A stretch of 64,000 bases of DNA, taken from assembly GCA_964016885.1 (NCBI GenBank), contig OZ024760.1, forward strand, positions 14,632,001 through 14,696,000, given 5' to 3'. The DNA is from Eledone cirrhosa (Eukaryota). A program made the position numbers and the translations under genes. Every line of letters starts with the position of its first letter. The stretch's first letter is position 1. Under the pieces are notes generated by a model. That model was given only the letters and a program-made list of their open reading frames with translations, was not told the DNA's origin and ran no database searches. This document shows positions 26,301 through 38,464 of the stretch, in pieces.

Positions 26301-27993
26301 GACTTAATGTGTCACCTGGTTTAACACCACCACCTAGCCCTTGGGTGTCATTTGGTTTACACCTGCATATAGTCCTTGGGTGCCTTCAGTAGAGTGCACT
26401 CTGTTGTTGCAAGCATATGGGTGTGGTACCTCCCTCCCTCTCACTATCTTGTTTCGGAGGCCCTGAAAAAAAGGTTCATGGTCATAGAAGCCTTTCTCTC
26501 CCTCACAATGACAATACAGCAAAAAAAATAAAAAAAATAAAAAGCCAGTATGGCTAAGGTCATGCTGGTGCACTGCAATTTTTTATAACAATTTAATTTA
26601 ATATTTTTTTCTTTCTCCTATTGAAGGTGAACAGAGAAATGAAAGAACTTAACAACAAAATCATAGAATGTACGTGGGATGCTGAAAAATCTAGCTGGAA
26701 GTTCTTACGGCAACGAACTGACAAATCTTTCCCCAATAGTTATGATACAGCTATGGGTAGGTATTTTATTTTAGTAGCGTTGTATTTGTTTTGCAAAGCC
26801 TTTGATCTGAAATCGTGTGTTGAAACAGGCATTGTTATATTTGGGGAGGGTCATGTTGGCCTAATATTGATAGAAAAAAATAGTTTACTACACACTTACA
26901 CAGTATAGTTTCATACTTCTATAAATAATTTAGCTGGCAATCAATGTTTATCATTGATTCACCAACAGTTAAAAATATAAATATAATTAGTTATATATTT
27001 GAAGATGTGTGTGACGAAAGAACTTTGAGAAACTATATTTATATTCTTTAACTGGTATAAATCAAAGTGGTAGCCATAGTAGAGTAGATACCAATCAAAT
27101 TGTTTGAGGCAATCACAAAGTACTCAATGGTGCAAAAGTTAATATGTTTTCATCCAGAGTAAACTCACACACAATCAGCTCTTAAATATTACTGGAATTC
27201 TATAAGAATCCAGCTTCTATAATTATTGGCAAAGGCAGCGGAGTGTGTGGTCTTGATAAACGCTAACAAGCGAGAAACAGACTGACTGTCAATCATTCTC
27301 TGATGGTTTTGCTGAGAATAAGTGACATAGTCACTACTTTAAAACTCATAGTGAATGGTCTTCTAAATGTTTTTAATTAAACATACAGTATATTCCCAAA
27401 TATACTATACATACATTTATATATATAATTTGTTTTGCAAGGTTTTTGATATGAAATCATGTGTTGAAACAAATATCGTTATACTTGGGGAGGGTCATAT
27501 TGTTATAATATTGCCAGAAATAATAACAGAACACACTCACTGTTTGGTTTGGGTTGGTTTTCGTTTCTGTATCTTTTATATTTCCATAGTTAATTTATTT
27601 GGCAATCAATGTTTATCATTGATTGACCAACGGTTAAAAAAAACAGATATAAATACAAATATATATATATAGTCTATCAAAGTTCTTTCGTCCCGTTGTA
27701 TTGTAATATCTACACCATTTTTATTTAATTTATATATATAATGATTGTTGTTTTTGTTGTGATTTATATATGATGTTGTTTTTCTGGGTTTTTTTAATGC
27801 CTTCCTTTTTCTTCTTTGCACTTGTCTAGGCGTGTGTGGCAGCATCGCTCATCCTGTCACTAAAGATGTTCTACTGGATGTTGTGGAGAAAAGGAGACCA
27901 ATGATGCCACCAGTGGGAGGTGGCGGAGGTGGAGGTGGCCGGGACCAGGAGTTAATGCCACCCCCTTCAAAAAAACGAACCACACATTGCTAA
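7207..27993 (+). CDS. RNGTT: mRNA capping enzyme (RNA triphosphatase + guanylyltransferase), 18 coding exons
   Basis: GT-AG exons joined in frame by eye: 7207-7273, 8045-8154, 9156-9259, 11260-11348, 12089-12164, 13128-13158, 13546-13654, 15321-15445, 18250-18353, 18704-18805, 19700-19835, 21475-21546, 21717-21881, 23547-23618, 24289-24389, 25770-25836, 26627-26756, 27830-27993. The product begins [19 protein letters not shown] and contains the cysteine-phosphatase loop [22 protein letters not shown], GTase motif [30 protein letters not shown] and the C-terminus LMPPPSKKR. All are collinear with metazoan RNGTT. Confidence 0.96.
9910..10478. repeat. About 60-bp tandem repeat (about 8 copies) followed by an inverted copy
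   Basis: Unit atatggtgtacctattctaaaccagacacacagcaactctttagataacacttacaatacactg; reverse-complement copy at about 10396-10478. Confidence 0.9.
10979..11014 (+). ncRNA. Minimal hammerhead ribozyme motif (family A, partly decayed) in a dispersed Penelope-like repeat
   Basis: tctt-CTGATGA-a-agac-tagc-gtcc-GAAAC-tt-t-aaga. The host repeat (about 10840-11105) recurs at about 58446-58665, 59388-59660 and 61308-61520. Confidence 0.6.
11829..12041. mobile_element. piggyBac-type MITE (representative of a multi-copy family)
   Basis: TTAA-CCCTTTAGCATTT termini. Further copies at about 21900-22083, 23978-24190, 40895-41185, 43879-44308, 47412-47980, 48890-49100, 60674-61172 and 62960-63245. Confidence 0.75.
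13195..13510. repeat. About 40-bp CT-rich minisatellite in RNGTT intron 6
   Basis: Repeated ctctcctcaactatgtcccagatagttatatatt units. Confidence 0.8.
13795..14560 (+). mobile_element. RTE LINE 3' fragment with an internal 120-bp tandem amplification
   Basis: The unit translates to [24 protein letters not shown], an RTE post-RT motif, in about 4.5 copies. An unamplified relative lies at about 28400-28705 on the minus strand. Confidence 0.75.
15645..15990 (+). mobile_element. Probable L1/Tx1-like LINE 3' end
   Basis: Decayed frame [16 protein letters not shown], then a T-rich 3' UTR ending in aataaa. Confidence 0.45.
16690..17560 (+). mobile_element. Decayed LINE ORF1 (gag-like) fragment
   Basis: [23 protein letters not shown] resembles a degenerate EGRxPxCxxC-x3-GH-x4-CP zinc knuckle; the region has multiple stops. 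Confidence 0.45.
18380..18645. repeat. Pyrimidine-rich minisatellite of about 25 bp
   Basis: Repeats of tcttctgtcttcttgtcttctcctc in RNGTT intron 9. Confidence 0.9.
19870..21365. repeat. 24-bp purine-rich minisatellite (about 60 copies)
   Basis: Unit gtgagagatgt(a/g)aagagagag(ag/ca)g fills RNGTT intron 11 and explains the spurious 556-aa and 297-aa ORFs. Confidence 0.97.
22538..22892. repeat. Long inverted repeat (arms about 160 bp), Penelope-like remnant
   Basis: 22538-22710 is the reverse complement of about 22730-22892. The same family occurs at 9670-9790 and 58914-59250. Confidence 0.85.
23255..23532. repeat. AT-rich minisatellite of 22-30 bp
   Basis: Repeats of atatatgactatactatatgatgt. 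Confidence 0.85.
25916..26350. repeat. 41-50-bp minisatellite (about 9 copies)
   Basis: Unit gggtggtagacttaatgtgtcacctggtttaacaccaccacctagccctt with a variable (acc)n run. Confidence 0.92.
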
Positions 27994-30626
27994 CAAACCA
28001 GCGCCCCCTCCTGTTCACCCACTCACTCACTCACTTCCTCCCTGCCTCCCTCCTTCCCTCCATTCTCTCCAATACTACCCCTTTCTCTGTGCCCCCCCCC
28101 CCCCTCCTGTTATTTTATATTTCAAATATTATTAATTTCAAACCTTTGGCATTTTTCAGAAATCATCATCATCATCATCAACATCATCATCATCATCATT
28201 ATTATTATTATTATAATTATTATTATTATTATTAGAGTTATGGCCCTTTACGGCCTGGGTTCAAATCCCGCTGGGGTTAGCTTTGCCTTTCATCCTTACG
28301 GGGTCGATAAAATAAGGTACCAGTAATGCACTGGGGTAATTGCTGGCCTTGTGCCAAAAGTAGAAACAATTATTATTATTATTATTATTATTTGTCCACT
28401 TATTCCTGAGAGGCTTGTAGGGGCAGTGTCTTCAGACATGCCTTCCAGAAGGTCCTTTTAGAAGAAACCATCTGCAAATGATCCAGATGGATCCCCACCC
28501 AAGTGAGATGAACCAAGTTCATGGTTGTCATCCAACTATCTGGCTTATGGTCTACCTCTGGGTCTGCTGCCGGGTGGCTTTGCTTATAAAATCTGTCCAG
28601 TGATTCTTTCCTGAGACATTCTAACAACGTGTCTATAGTTCCAGAGTTGTGATCTCTCAATGCAGAGTAGTAGCGGCTCTACCTAGAACAACACCCTCAT
28701 CTCCAATCTATGCACCCTATAATAATAATTATTATTATTATTATTATCGACCCTGCAAGGATGAAAGGCAAAGGTAACCACAACGGGATTTGAACTCAGA
28801 ACGTAAGGGTCCATTATTAAATACAGACAAAATGCTTTGCAGTATTTAGTTATGGCCCTTTATGTTCTGAGTTCAAATCCCCCCTAGGTTAACTTTGCCT
28901 TTCATCCTTACAGTGTCAATAAATAAAGTACCAGTGATCCACTGGGGTTGATTTAATCCACTTTGCCCCCTTCCCTTCAAATTGCTGGGCCTTGTGCCTA
29001 AAGTAGAAACAATTATTATTATTATTATTATCATCATTATTATTATTATTGTTGTTGTTGCTAGGCGGTGGATTGGTGGAATCATTTAAGCATGGAGAAA
29101 AATACATTGTAGTATATTATTACGGCCCTTAACATTCTGAGTGCAAAGCCTCACCGCAGTCAACTTTGACTTTCATCCTTCTTGGGGTTATAAAATAAAG
29201 TACCAGTTAAGTACTGGTGTTGATATAATGAATCTTCCCCTTCCCCCCGGACTGGTAGCATTGTGCCATTGTTAGAAAGTATTATTCTTTATATTCTGAG
29301 TTCAAATCCCGCCGAGGTTAACTTTGCCTTTCATCCTTACAGGGGTCGATAAAATAAAGTACCAGTAATGCACTGGGGTAATTACTGGCCTTGTGCCAAA
29401 AATAGAAACATTATTATTATTATTTGGCAGAATCGGTAGAGCATCAGACACCATGCTTCGCGGCATAGAATTATGGCCCTTTTTATTCTGAGTTCAAATT
29501 CTGCCGAGGTCAACTTTGCCTTTTATCCTTATGGGGTTGATAAAATAAAGTACCAGTTATGTGCTGGGGTCGATTTAATCGACTTTCCCCTTCCTACAAA
29601 TTGTTGGCTTTGTGCCTAAATCAGAAACCATTATTATTATTGGCAGTATCGGTAGAGGGTCGGACGCCGTGCTTTGCAGCATCATGTTATCAGGTTAACT
29701 TTGCCTTTATTCCATACGGGGTCAATAAAATAAAGTACCAGTAATGCACTGGGGTAATTGCTGGCCTTGTGCCAAAAGTAGAAACAATTATTTTTATTAG
29801 TGGTGCAGTTTGACTATCCATTCTTTGACATGCAGAGGAAGAAGAATTGAATATTTAACACTTTTGTGTAGCTTGACCCCACCTTTTTTGTCACCTTTGA
29901 CACCCCACATGTATTTTCCAATGAAGGGCACTATCTCACTCTCTCCTTTACCCTCTCTCCCTCTCTTATTGTCTCCTTCTCTCTTGCTGTCTCTCTCACT
30001 CACTCCACAAAACAATGTATCTTAGGTTTCCATGGAGAAAACAATTAAATTTTTAAAAGCATCAAAGCATCCCAAGTTGACATCCTACCCCTTTCTTTCT
30101 GTCTGTAGGTCTCTTGCTTTCTCCCTATATATATATATATATATATAGGGAGAGAGAGAGAGAGAAAAATATCTATACATTTATGTGCGTTTATATATAT
30201 ATATATTTATATGTTTGTGTATATATCATCATGGGCGTTTTAACATCTGATTTCCCTGCTAGCAAGGGTTGGAATGTATGTATGTATATATATATGTATA
30301 TATATATTAGATTGTGTGGTTAAAATACCAAAATACTGTAGTACTTAAAACATTCAAACATTAACAGAATAAGCACTCAATACTGAATAGAGTGTAAATT
30401 TTCTTTACTAGGTGGAACTGTCTCAGTGACTTCACGAATTTCAGGTTAGTTGCTTTATTTGGCTGTCAGATGAAAAAGTCATTATCACTTTTCTACTTAG
30501 TGTGTGCCTATATATATATATGTGTGTGTGTTAGGTAATTCCGAAGGAAAAGCAAAGGAAAAAAGAGTGCTCTATGTATAGAACAGAGCTATTTAATTAG
30601 AAATTGAACAACACAAAATATATCTA

Positions 30627-30694
30627 CTCCATTACCAAAGGTTTCTGGATCCCAGATGATAATAATATACGTCTGGATTGGTCATCAGACAGAG
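30627..30694 (-). ncRNA. Type I hammerhead-like motif with a defective stem II base
   Basis: Minus strand: ctctgt-CTGATGA-ccaat-ccaga..tctgg-gatcca-GAAACC-ttt-GGT-A-atggag. Stems I and III pair, but the first stem II pair does not. Confidence 0.45.
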
Positions 30695-30708
30695 ATGTTA
30701 TAGATAAA

Positions 30709-30762
<54 letters not shown>

Positions 30763-30766
<4 letters not shown>

Positions 30767-31090
30767 TTGTCCCCCGTCATTCGTGGGGGTTATGTTCCTA
30801 GAGCACCCGTGAATATTGGACATGGTCCATAAAAAATGCCTATAAATGTCAAAACAATGTAAAATATAGGCTGGCAAATAAGGTATATTGTTATTAATAA
30901 TTTAGCGTTAAAAAGCATGAAAAAAATATATTTTGCCACGAAAAAAGCCATAAATAAATTGTGGAAGATATTTACGATTCTGTGAATATGCAGTGGTTTC
31001 CACAAACAATTATTTATTATATTCTAAGGAAAATTCCGCGAATAACTGGACTGCGAATGTCGGGACCGCAAATGCCAGGCGCAGTGTGTA
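30763..31090. mobile_element. pogo/Tigger-like MITE
   Basis: Starts cagttgtcccccgtcattcgtgggg next to a TA run and ends ccgcgaata...ccgcaaatgcc...gtgta; the TIRs are degenerate. Confidence 0.55.
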
Positions 31091-31199
31091 TGTATATTCT
31101 ACAGCCTCTGATATTGCCTTTATGGTTTTGGTTGTTTTATGAGATTGGATATATACACATATATTTCTTCTTGAGTCAGCCAATGACTTGAGGAGGTGG

Positions 31200-31460
31200 T
31201 GAGGCAATGACAAAATTTAGCTCCAAAATCCTCGCTCGACCATTGCACCATACAGATCCATTTCTTTGAGGCTTGTATCCATCCCAATGATTGATTTCAA
31301 AGTGATATACAGCTGCCCAACTCCTTGTATACGGAGTCATCCAGAGGAGCAATCTTCCAGCGGGTTCATCATGGTGAGTGATATGACCGTCAAGAGCCAG
31401 AAGGTGACACCTCACAACATCAGGGATCCATTCAGCTACTTGGAGATGTATGCTAAGTGT

Positions 31461-31465
<5 letters not shown>
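31200..31465 (-). mobile_element. Decayed RTE-like LINE 3' fragment
   Basis: GHITHHDEPAGRLLLW...MDTSLKEMDLYGAMVERGFW, the RTE C-terminal pattern. Confidence 0.55.
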
Positions 31466-31502
<37 letters not shown>

Positions 31503-31743
31503 CATCATCACTGTTTAGCGTCCATTTTTACATGCTTGCATGGGTCAGACGGGTTGTCCGTGTCGAGAGACATGTTGGCTAGGATTGGCTGGGGTTTTTA
31601 CAACTGGATGCCCTTCCTAACATGTATGTATGTATATTGTAATGATATGTATATATTTACGTGTATGTATATCATAATGATATGTATATATTTACATTTA
31701 TGTATGTATATCATAATATGGATATATTTACATATATATATAT

Positions 31744-31947
31744 ATTAGAAAATATATAGCTTTCACCGTATTTTTAACTAAAGGAATTTTAGCTTGATAA
31801 CGGGGTTTAGAACCCTCAGATAAATGGAAAAAGATGAGTATTGACGTCAATACTCATCTTTTTCCATTTATCTGAGGGTTCTAAACCCCGTTATCAAGCT
31901 AAAATTCCTTTAGTTAAAAATACGGTGAAAGCTATATATTTTCTAAT
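31744..31947. repeat. Perfect 204-bp spacer-less palindrome
   Basis: Symmetry centre at gac|gtc 31845/31846; the arms match to 31744 and 31947. Confidence 0.93.
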
Positions 31948-32654
31948 TTCAAACTCACTGTTTCAAAACATACTTACTTGATATATATATATGTATATGA
32001 TAATAATATGGATATATTTACATATATATATGATAATGATATGGATATATTTACATATATATGTATATATTAGTGTGTGTATGTGCTGTAACTTTCCAGT
32101 TTGACAAAAAAGGAAAAAAGAGACTGTTAAAAGAAGAATGAATGCATGAAAGACACAAAGAGGGAGAGAGCAGAGACAGAAGTGGGAGAAGATAGACTGT
32201 CAGAGAGAAGGGGTGATACATAGAGGGAGAAGAAGAGAAAATAAAGGATGAGTAGGGAGAATTTATACTGTTTTTAGAGAAGATTTTTCTTTTCTTTTAG
32301 ATCAGTAATTTAAAATTTATCTTTCTTTTTTTTTTCCCCTCTCCACCTTTCCTCCTTTTACTCTAGTCCAGCAATTGTCCTGTCTCTTCCAACTAATTTT
32401 TTGTTGTTGTTACTACTACTACTACTACCACCACTATTATTATTGTTATTATTACTATTATTATTATTATTGTGGTGGATTGGCAGTATCGGTAGGGGGT
32501 CGACGTCATGCTTTCCAGCATAGTTACGTCCCTTTACAATCTGAGTTCAAATCCCGCCGAGGTTAACTTTGCCTTTCATCCTTACGGGGTCGATACAATA
32601 AAGTACCAGTAATGTACTGGGATAATTGCTGGCCTTGTGCCAATAGTAGAAACA

Positions 32655-32689
<35 letters not shown>

Positions 32690-33663
32690 CACCACCAAAC
32701 TGAAATTCTTTAATAATATTTTTTTTTTATTTTATCTTGAAAAAGTTTTTCCTTATCTCCATTAAAACTCAGAATTCACCTATGCACTCACTTAAGTATT
32801 ATTATTGTTGTTGTTCTTCTTCTTATTGTTATTGTTATCAGAGCAGTAGGTTGGCAGAGGTGTTAGAACGGTGGACAAACGTGTAGCAGTATTTGTTCAG
32901 GCTCTTTATGTTCTGAGTTGAAATTCCGCCGGGGTTAGCTTTGCCTTTCATCCTTACGGAGTTAATAAATAAAGCACCAGTAATACACTGGGGTTGATTT
33001 AATCGATTTTCACCTCCCCCCCCCTCCCCAAATTGTTGGCCTTGTGCTAAAACTAGAAACAATTATTATTATTAGGGCAGCGGATTGGCAGTATCGCTAG
33101 AGCGTCGGACAACATGCTTTGCGGCATAGAGTTACGTCCCTTTACATTCTGAGTTCAAATCCAGCCACGGTTAGCTTTGCCTTTCATCCTTCCGGGGTTG
33201 TTAAAATAAAAGCACCAGTAATGCACTGGGGTCGATTTAATTGACTTTCCTCTCCCCTAAAATTGCTGGCCTTGTGCCTAAATCAAAAACCATTATTATT
33301 ATTATTGTTGTTGTCATTGTCATCGTTATTGTATTTGCCTTTCATCCTTCTGGGCTCGAGAAGTACCAGTCATGTACTGAGGTTCAATATAATTGAGTGT
33401 TCCTTCTCCTAAAAAAATATTTGTGGCCTTGTGCCTGTGTCAGAAATCACTATTATTATTATTAATATTAATATAAGGGCGGTGGATTGGCAGAATCAGT
33501 AGAGCGTCGAACACCATACTTTGCAACATAGAGAAACGGCCCTTTACGTTCTTAGTTCAACTCCGGCTATGGTTAGCTTTGCCTTTCATCCGTCAAGAGC
33601 CAGAAGGTGACACCTCACAACATCAGGGATCCATTCAGCTACTTGGAGATGTATGCTAAGTGT

Positions 33664-33697
<34 letters not shown>

Positions 33698-36600
33698 CAT
33701 CATCACTGTTTAGCGTCCATTTTTACATGCTTGCATGGGTCAGACGGGTTATCCGTGTCGAGAGACATGTTGGCTAGGATTGGCTGGGGTTTTTACAACT
33801 GGATGCCCTTCCTAACATGTATGTATGTATATTGTAATGATATGTATATATTTACGTGTATGTATATCATAATGATATGTATATATTTACGTGTATGTAT
33901 ATCATAATGATATGTATATATAGGAGGTTGATAAAATAAAGTAATGCATTGGGTTCAATTTAATCGCCTTTCCCCTCCCCTAAAATTGTTGGCCTTGTGC
34001 CTAAATCCGAAACTATACATAAATAAAGCATTATTAATATTAATATAATTTAAACAATTTTGAAAACCATACAATGCACTAGAAAATTAAAATTGCTAAA
34101 ATAACAATAGAATCTTACGTTAGCAAATTTAATAATATGATTATTATTATAATCGTTAGAACGTCAGACAGAATGCCATGTGACATTTTTTGTGACTCTT
34201 TATGTTCTGAGTTCAAATCCCACTGAGGTTAACTTTGCCTTTTGTCTCGCCAGGGTTGAGAAAATAAAGCACCAGTCAAATACTGGGGTTGATATAATCA
34301 ATTTTCCATTGGCCCTGTGGGATTGATAAAATAAAGTACCAGTCATAGACTAGGGTTGATATAATTAACTTTCCTTCCCATTCCCCCTAAAAAAAAAACT
34401 TACTGGCCTTGTGCCAATGTTAGAAAGAATTTTTATTAGAGTGGGTGATAGCCAGAATCGTTAGAGCACTGGAAAAATGCCTTGTGGTATTTCTTTCATG
34501 TCTTTATGTTCTGAGTTAAAGTCCTGCCGAGGTGAACTTTGCCTTTCATCCTTCCAGTGAGGTATAAGGGTTCAGTTCAACAGACTATATACTTCCTCCC
34601 ACCAACATTTACAAATTGGTGATCTTTTGCTGCTGATGATGATAATGATGTGAAAAACATTATGAGAGTAGTGGATTGGCAGAATCGGTAGAGGGTCGGA
34701 CACCATGCTTTGCAACATATTGTTACGGCCCTTTATGATCTGAGTTCAAATCCTGCCGAGGTTAACTTTGCCTTTCAGCCTTACGGGGTCGATAAAATAA
34801 AGTACCAGTAATACACTGGGATAATTGCTGGCCTTGTGCCAAAACTAGAAACAATTATTATGAGAGTGGTGGATTGGCAGTATCGGTAGAGAGTCGGACA
34901 CCATGCTTTGCAGCATAGAGTTATGGTCTGAGTTCAAATCCCGCTGAGGTTAACTTTGCCTTTCATCCTTACGGGGTCGATAAAATAAAGAACCAGTAAT
35001 GTACTGGGTAATTGCTGGCCTTGTGCCAAAAGTAAAATCAATTATTAAGCTAGTGTCAGGGCAGTAGATTAGCAGTATCGATAGAGCTTCGAACAACATG
35101 CTCCGCGACATAGAGTTAAGGCCCTTTACGTTCTGAGTTCAACTCCTTACGGGATTGATGAAATAAAGTACCAGTAATGCACTGGAGTCGATTTAATAGA
35201 CTTACCCATCCCCTAAAATTTTTGGCCTTGTGCCTAAAATCCCGCCGAGGTTAACTTTGCCTTTCATCCTTACAGGGTCGATAAAATAAAGTACCAGTAA
35301 TACATTGGGATAATTGCTGGCCTTGTGCCTAAAGTAGAAACAATTATTATGGCACACAAGGGCAATGACTTGGCTGAATCACTAATCTTGGACAAAATGC
35401 TTTGCAGTATTTAGTTGTGGCCCTTTTGGTTTTGAGTTCAAATCCCACTGAGGTCAAGTTTGCCTTTCATCCTTCCGAAGTTGACAAAATACCAGTCAAG
35501 TACTGTGGTTGATGTAATCAATTTTCCTCTACCTTCAAAATTGTTGACCTTGTGCTTGAATTAGAAACCCCCACCAAGGTCAACATTGTCTTTGATCTTT
35601 CTAAAGTAGATAAAATAAAGTATTAGCCATGCACTGGGGGTTGATGTAATCGACCTTCCTCCTCCCATATCGTTGGCCTTGAGCCTAAATTAGAAAACAT
35701 TATTTGGCAGTATCGGTAGAGGGTCGGACGCCATGTTTTGAGGCATAGAGTTACCTCCCTGTATGATCTGAGTTCAAATCCCGCCGAGGTTAACTTTGCC
35801 TTTCATCCTTACGAGGTCGATAAAATAAAGTACCAGTAATGCACTGGGTAATTGCTGGCCTTGTGCCAAAAGTAGAAACAATTATTTGGCAAAATCGGTA
35901 GAGGGCTGGAATAGAGTTACGGCCCTTTACAATCTGAGTTCAAATCCCGCCAAGGTTAACTTTGCCTTTCATCCTTACGGGGTCGATAAAATAAAGCACC
36001 AGTAATGCACAGGGGGAGGGGGGGGGGTAATTGCTGGCCTTGTGCCAAAAGTAGAAACAATTATTACAACACGCAGGGATATGGCGTACCTATTTTAAAT
36101 TCAATACGGCCGAAAATCAATGTAGAAAAATGTGACATTGGTTCAATTCCACTACTAGGTAGTATCTACTTGGGCCCCCAAATCACAAATCAGAGCATTT
36201 ACTTTCATTATACCTCACCATTTTTGCTTTTATACCCCTTTCCCCACTTTTTTTTACCTATACCTAACCAATGAAAACAGGCGCCAGGATTTTTTTTTTA
36301 GCGGGGAAAATTAACTTTCAATAGACTAGCTTCCTATCCATGAGAAAAAAGTAACCGTTCATCTGTTTAAAAAAAAAAAATCTATTACAAAACCACATAT
36401 AAGCATTGACCTTAACCTTGTGATTTGTGAAAGCATTAAATTATCATTATTACTACTACTACTACTATTATTATTATTATTATTATTATTGTTATTATTG
36501 TTGTTGTTGTTCCTTTATGTCTGAGTTCAAGTCCTGCCGAGGTTAGCTTTGCCTTTCATCCTTACAGAGTCGATAAAATAAAGCACCAGTAATGTACTGG

Positions 36601-37578
36601 GGTCGATTTAATCGGCTTTCCTCTCCCTAAAATTGTTGGCCTTGTGCCTAAATCGGAAACCATTATTATTCCTTTACGTTCTGAGTTCAAATCCTATCCT
36701 TCTGGGGTCAATAAAATAAAGTACCAGTCAAGTACTGGCGTTGGTATAATCGAAGATTGCTAGCCTTGTGCAAAAAGTAGAAACAAATACTGTGGATTGG
36801 CAGTATCGGTAGTGCGTCCGACACCATGCTTTGCGGCATGGAGTTATGGCCCTTTACGTTCAAATCTCGCCGAGGTTAAATTTGCCTTTCATCCTTACGG
36901 GGTTAATAAAATAAAGCACCAGTAATACATTGGGGTTGATTTAATCGACTTTCCCCTCCTCTTCAAATTGCTGGCCTTGTGCCTATTATAATATAAGGTA
37001 AGAAGCTTTGGTGCCAAATAATAATTGTTTCTACTTTAGGCACAAGGCCAGCAATTTGAATGGGAGGGGAAAGTTATTAAATCGACCCCAGTGCATTACT
37101 GGTACTTTATTTTATCAACCCTTTAAGGATGAAAGGCAAAGCTAACCTCGGCTGGAATTGAATTCAGAACGTAAAAGGACATAACTCAGTTTTTAGGTAA
37201 AATATAATTGAAGTTAAGGGCTGAAACACTGCTTGAGGGTGGTGGAGAGGGTTCTTCTCTGAAGACCTTTTGCTGTTCAGATCTGAGAATTTCTTACCGC
37301 TTCAAAACAAACAATTTTTTTTATTGTAGGACCAAGAGAAGTTTCACATGGTTTGGTATCAAAAGAATAAAAATACATTATAGATTTTTTTAGGGTTTTT
37401 TTTTATTTTTTTTTCTTTGATTATTTATAAATGAGAATGTTGATATGTTTTTCAAGGGGGGAATGGACCTTAACAAATGTGGTTATGAGGTGGCAAAACA
37501 GATAATATGCTCCAATGTCATTCATGAAGCAGCTTTCTGCAAGTTAAAAGACAAAACAATAAAAACTTCATCTGAAAG

Positions 37579-37872
37579 CAGAGGTTCTCAAATTTTTGGG
37601 GCTACAGCCACACAATACCCCCCCCCCCCCCCGCCCTATTTCTAGCGAGACCTGCCTACACGCAAATTGTGTATAATATATAATAAATAAAATCATTAAT
37701 TCATATAAAATAAATAATATATAATTTTTATTTTACTATATTTATATATAATGTGTATCATTTGATATTTAATGTAGTATTATATCATCTCTACCACCCC
37801 TTAGGCTGCAGGGCCCCCTAGACCTTCTCAACATGCCCCCACGGGTGGTAGTGGCCACTCTGAGAACCTCTT
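37579..37872. mobile_element. hAT (Charlie-like) MITE
   Basis: TIRs cagaggttctca / tgagaacctct with an imperfect 8-bp TSD (tctgaaag / ttctaaag). Confidence 0.65.
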
Positions 37873-38295
37873 TTTCTAAAGAAACAACAAAACAATAACA
37901 ATAGCAAATGTTTGAAACCTTTTGATACCAACCCAAACCAGCTATTTTAAAGAGTTCCTATTTAACCTTTTGATACCAACCTGACCAGAAACTGGCTCTG
38001 TATGCATATGTATATATAATATGAGCAAGCATTGCACCAAGAAAAATATAGGCTTTGGCGAGAAGGGAGAGTAAGAATTTATTGGCTGTAACATATGTTT
38101 CTGTGCCTATTATAATAGTCAACATATGCTGACTACAATATATATTGTTCAATCATGTGCAACACTTAATTATTTTTCACACACACGCACACACACATAT
38201 ATATATATATACATAAGACTGTTATTGCTCCAGTCAGTCCACAAACACACAGCAAATACCCTAAACCGAACGTCAAACTGTTCTCATGACTCCTG

Positions 38296-38430
38296 TCAAA
38301 CCAAACCGTACCTACCCTCCAAATTTGGCAAATTAAATGCAGACGACCCGATCTTCCTAAACTCGGTATATGTAACCAGACTGCCACAGCCTCTAAATGG
38401 GGGAAGACAGACATTATTTAGCTGCAGCTG

Positions 38431-38464
<34 letters not shown>

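Larger units (their letters stand above)
28230..37185 (+). mobile_element. Dense cluster of about 25 tRNA-derived SINE copies
   Basis: Repeated A-box tggcagtatcggtagag, B-box gagttcaaatccc, core aggttaactttgcctttcatccttacggggtcgataaaataaagtaccag and tail ggccttgtgccaaaagtagaaac(aat)(tta)n. Dispersed copies also at about 12200, 12900, 14590, 15470, 43090 and 62770. Confidence 0.88.

Noticed and set aside
25916-26350. CRISPR-like regular repeats
   Set aside because: No unique spacers, no cas genes, and it lies in a eukaryotic intron; an ordinary minisatellite.
26775-27660. Diverged direct duplication of about 200 bp within RNGTT intron 17
   Set aside because: Contains no exon copy or splice signals; an old intronic duplication of little apparent consequence.
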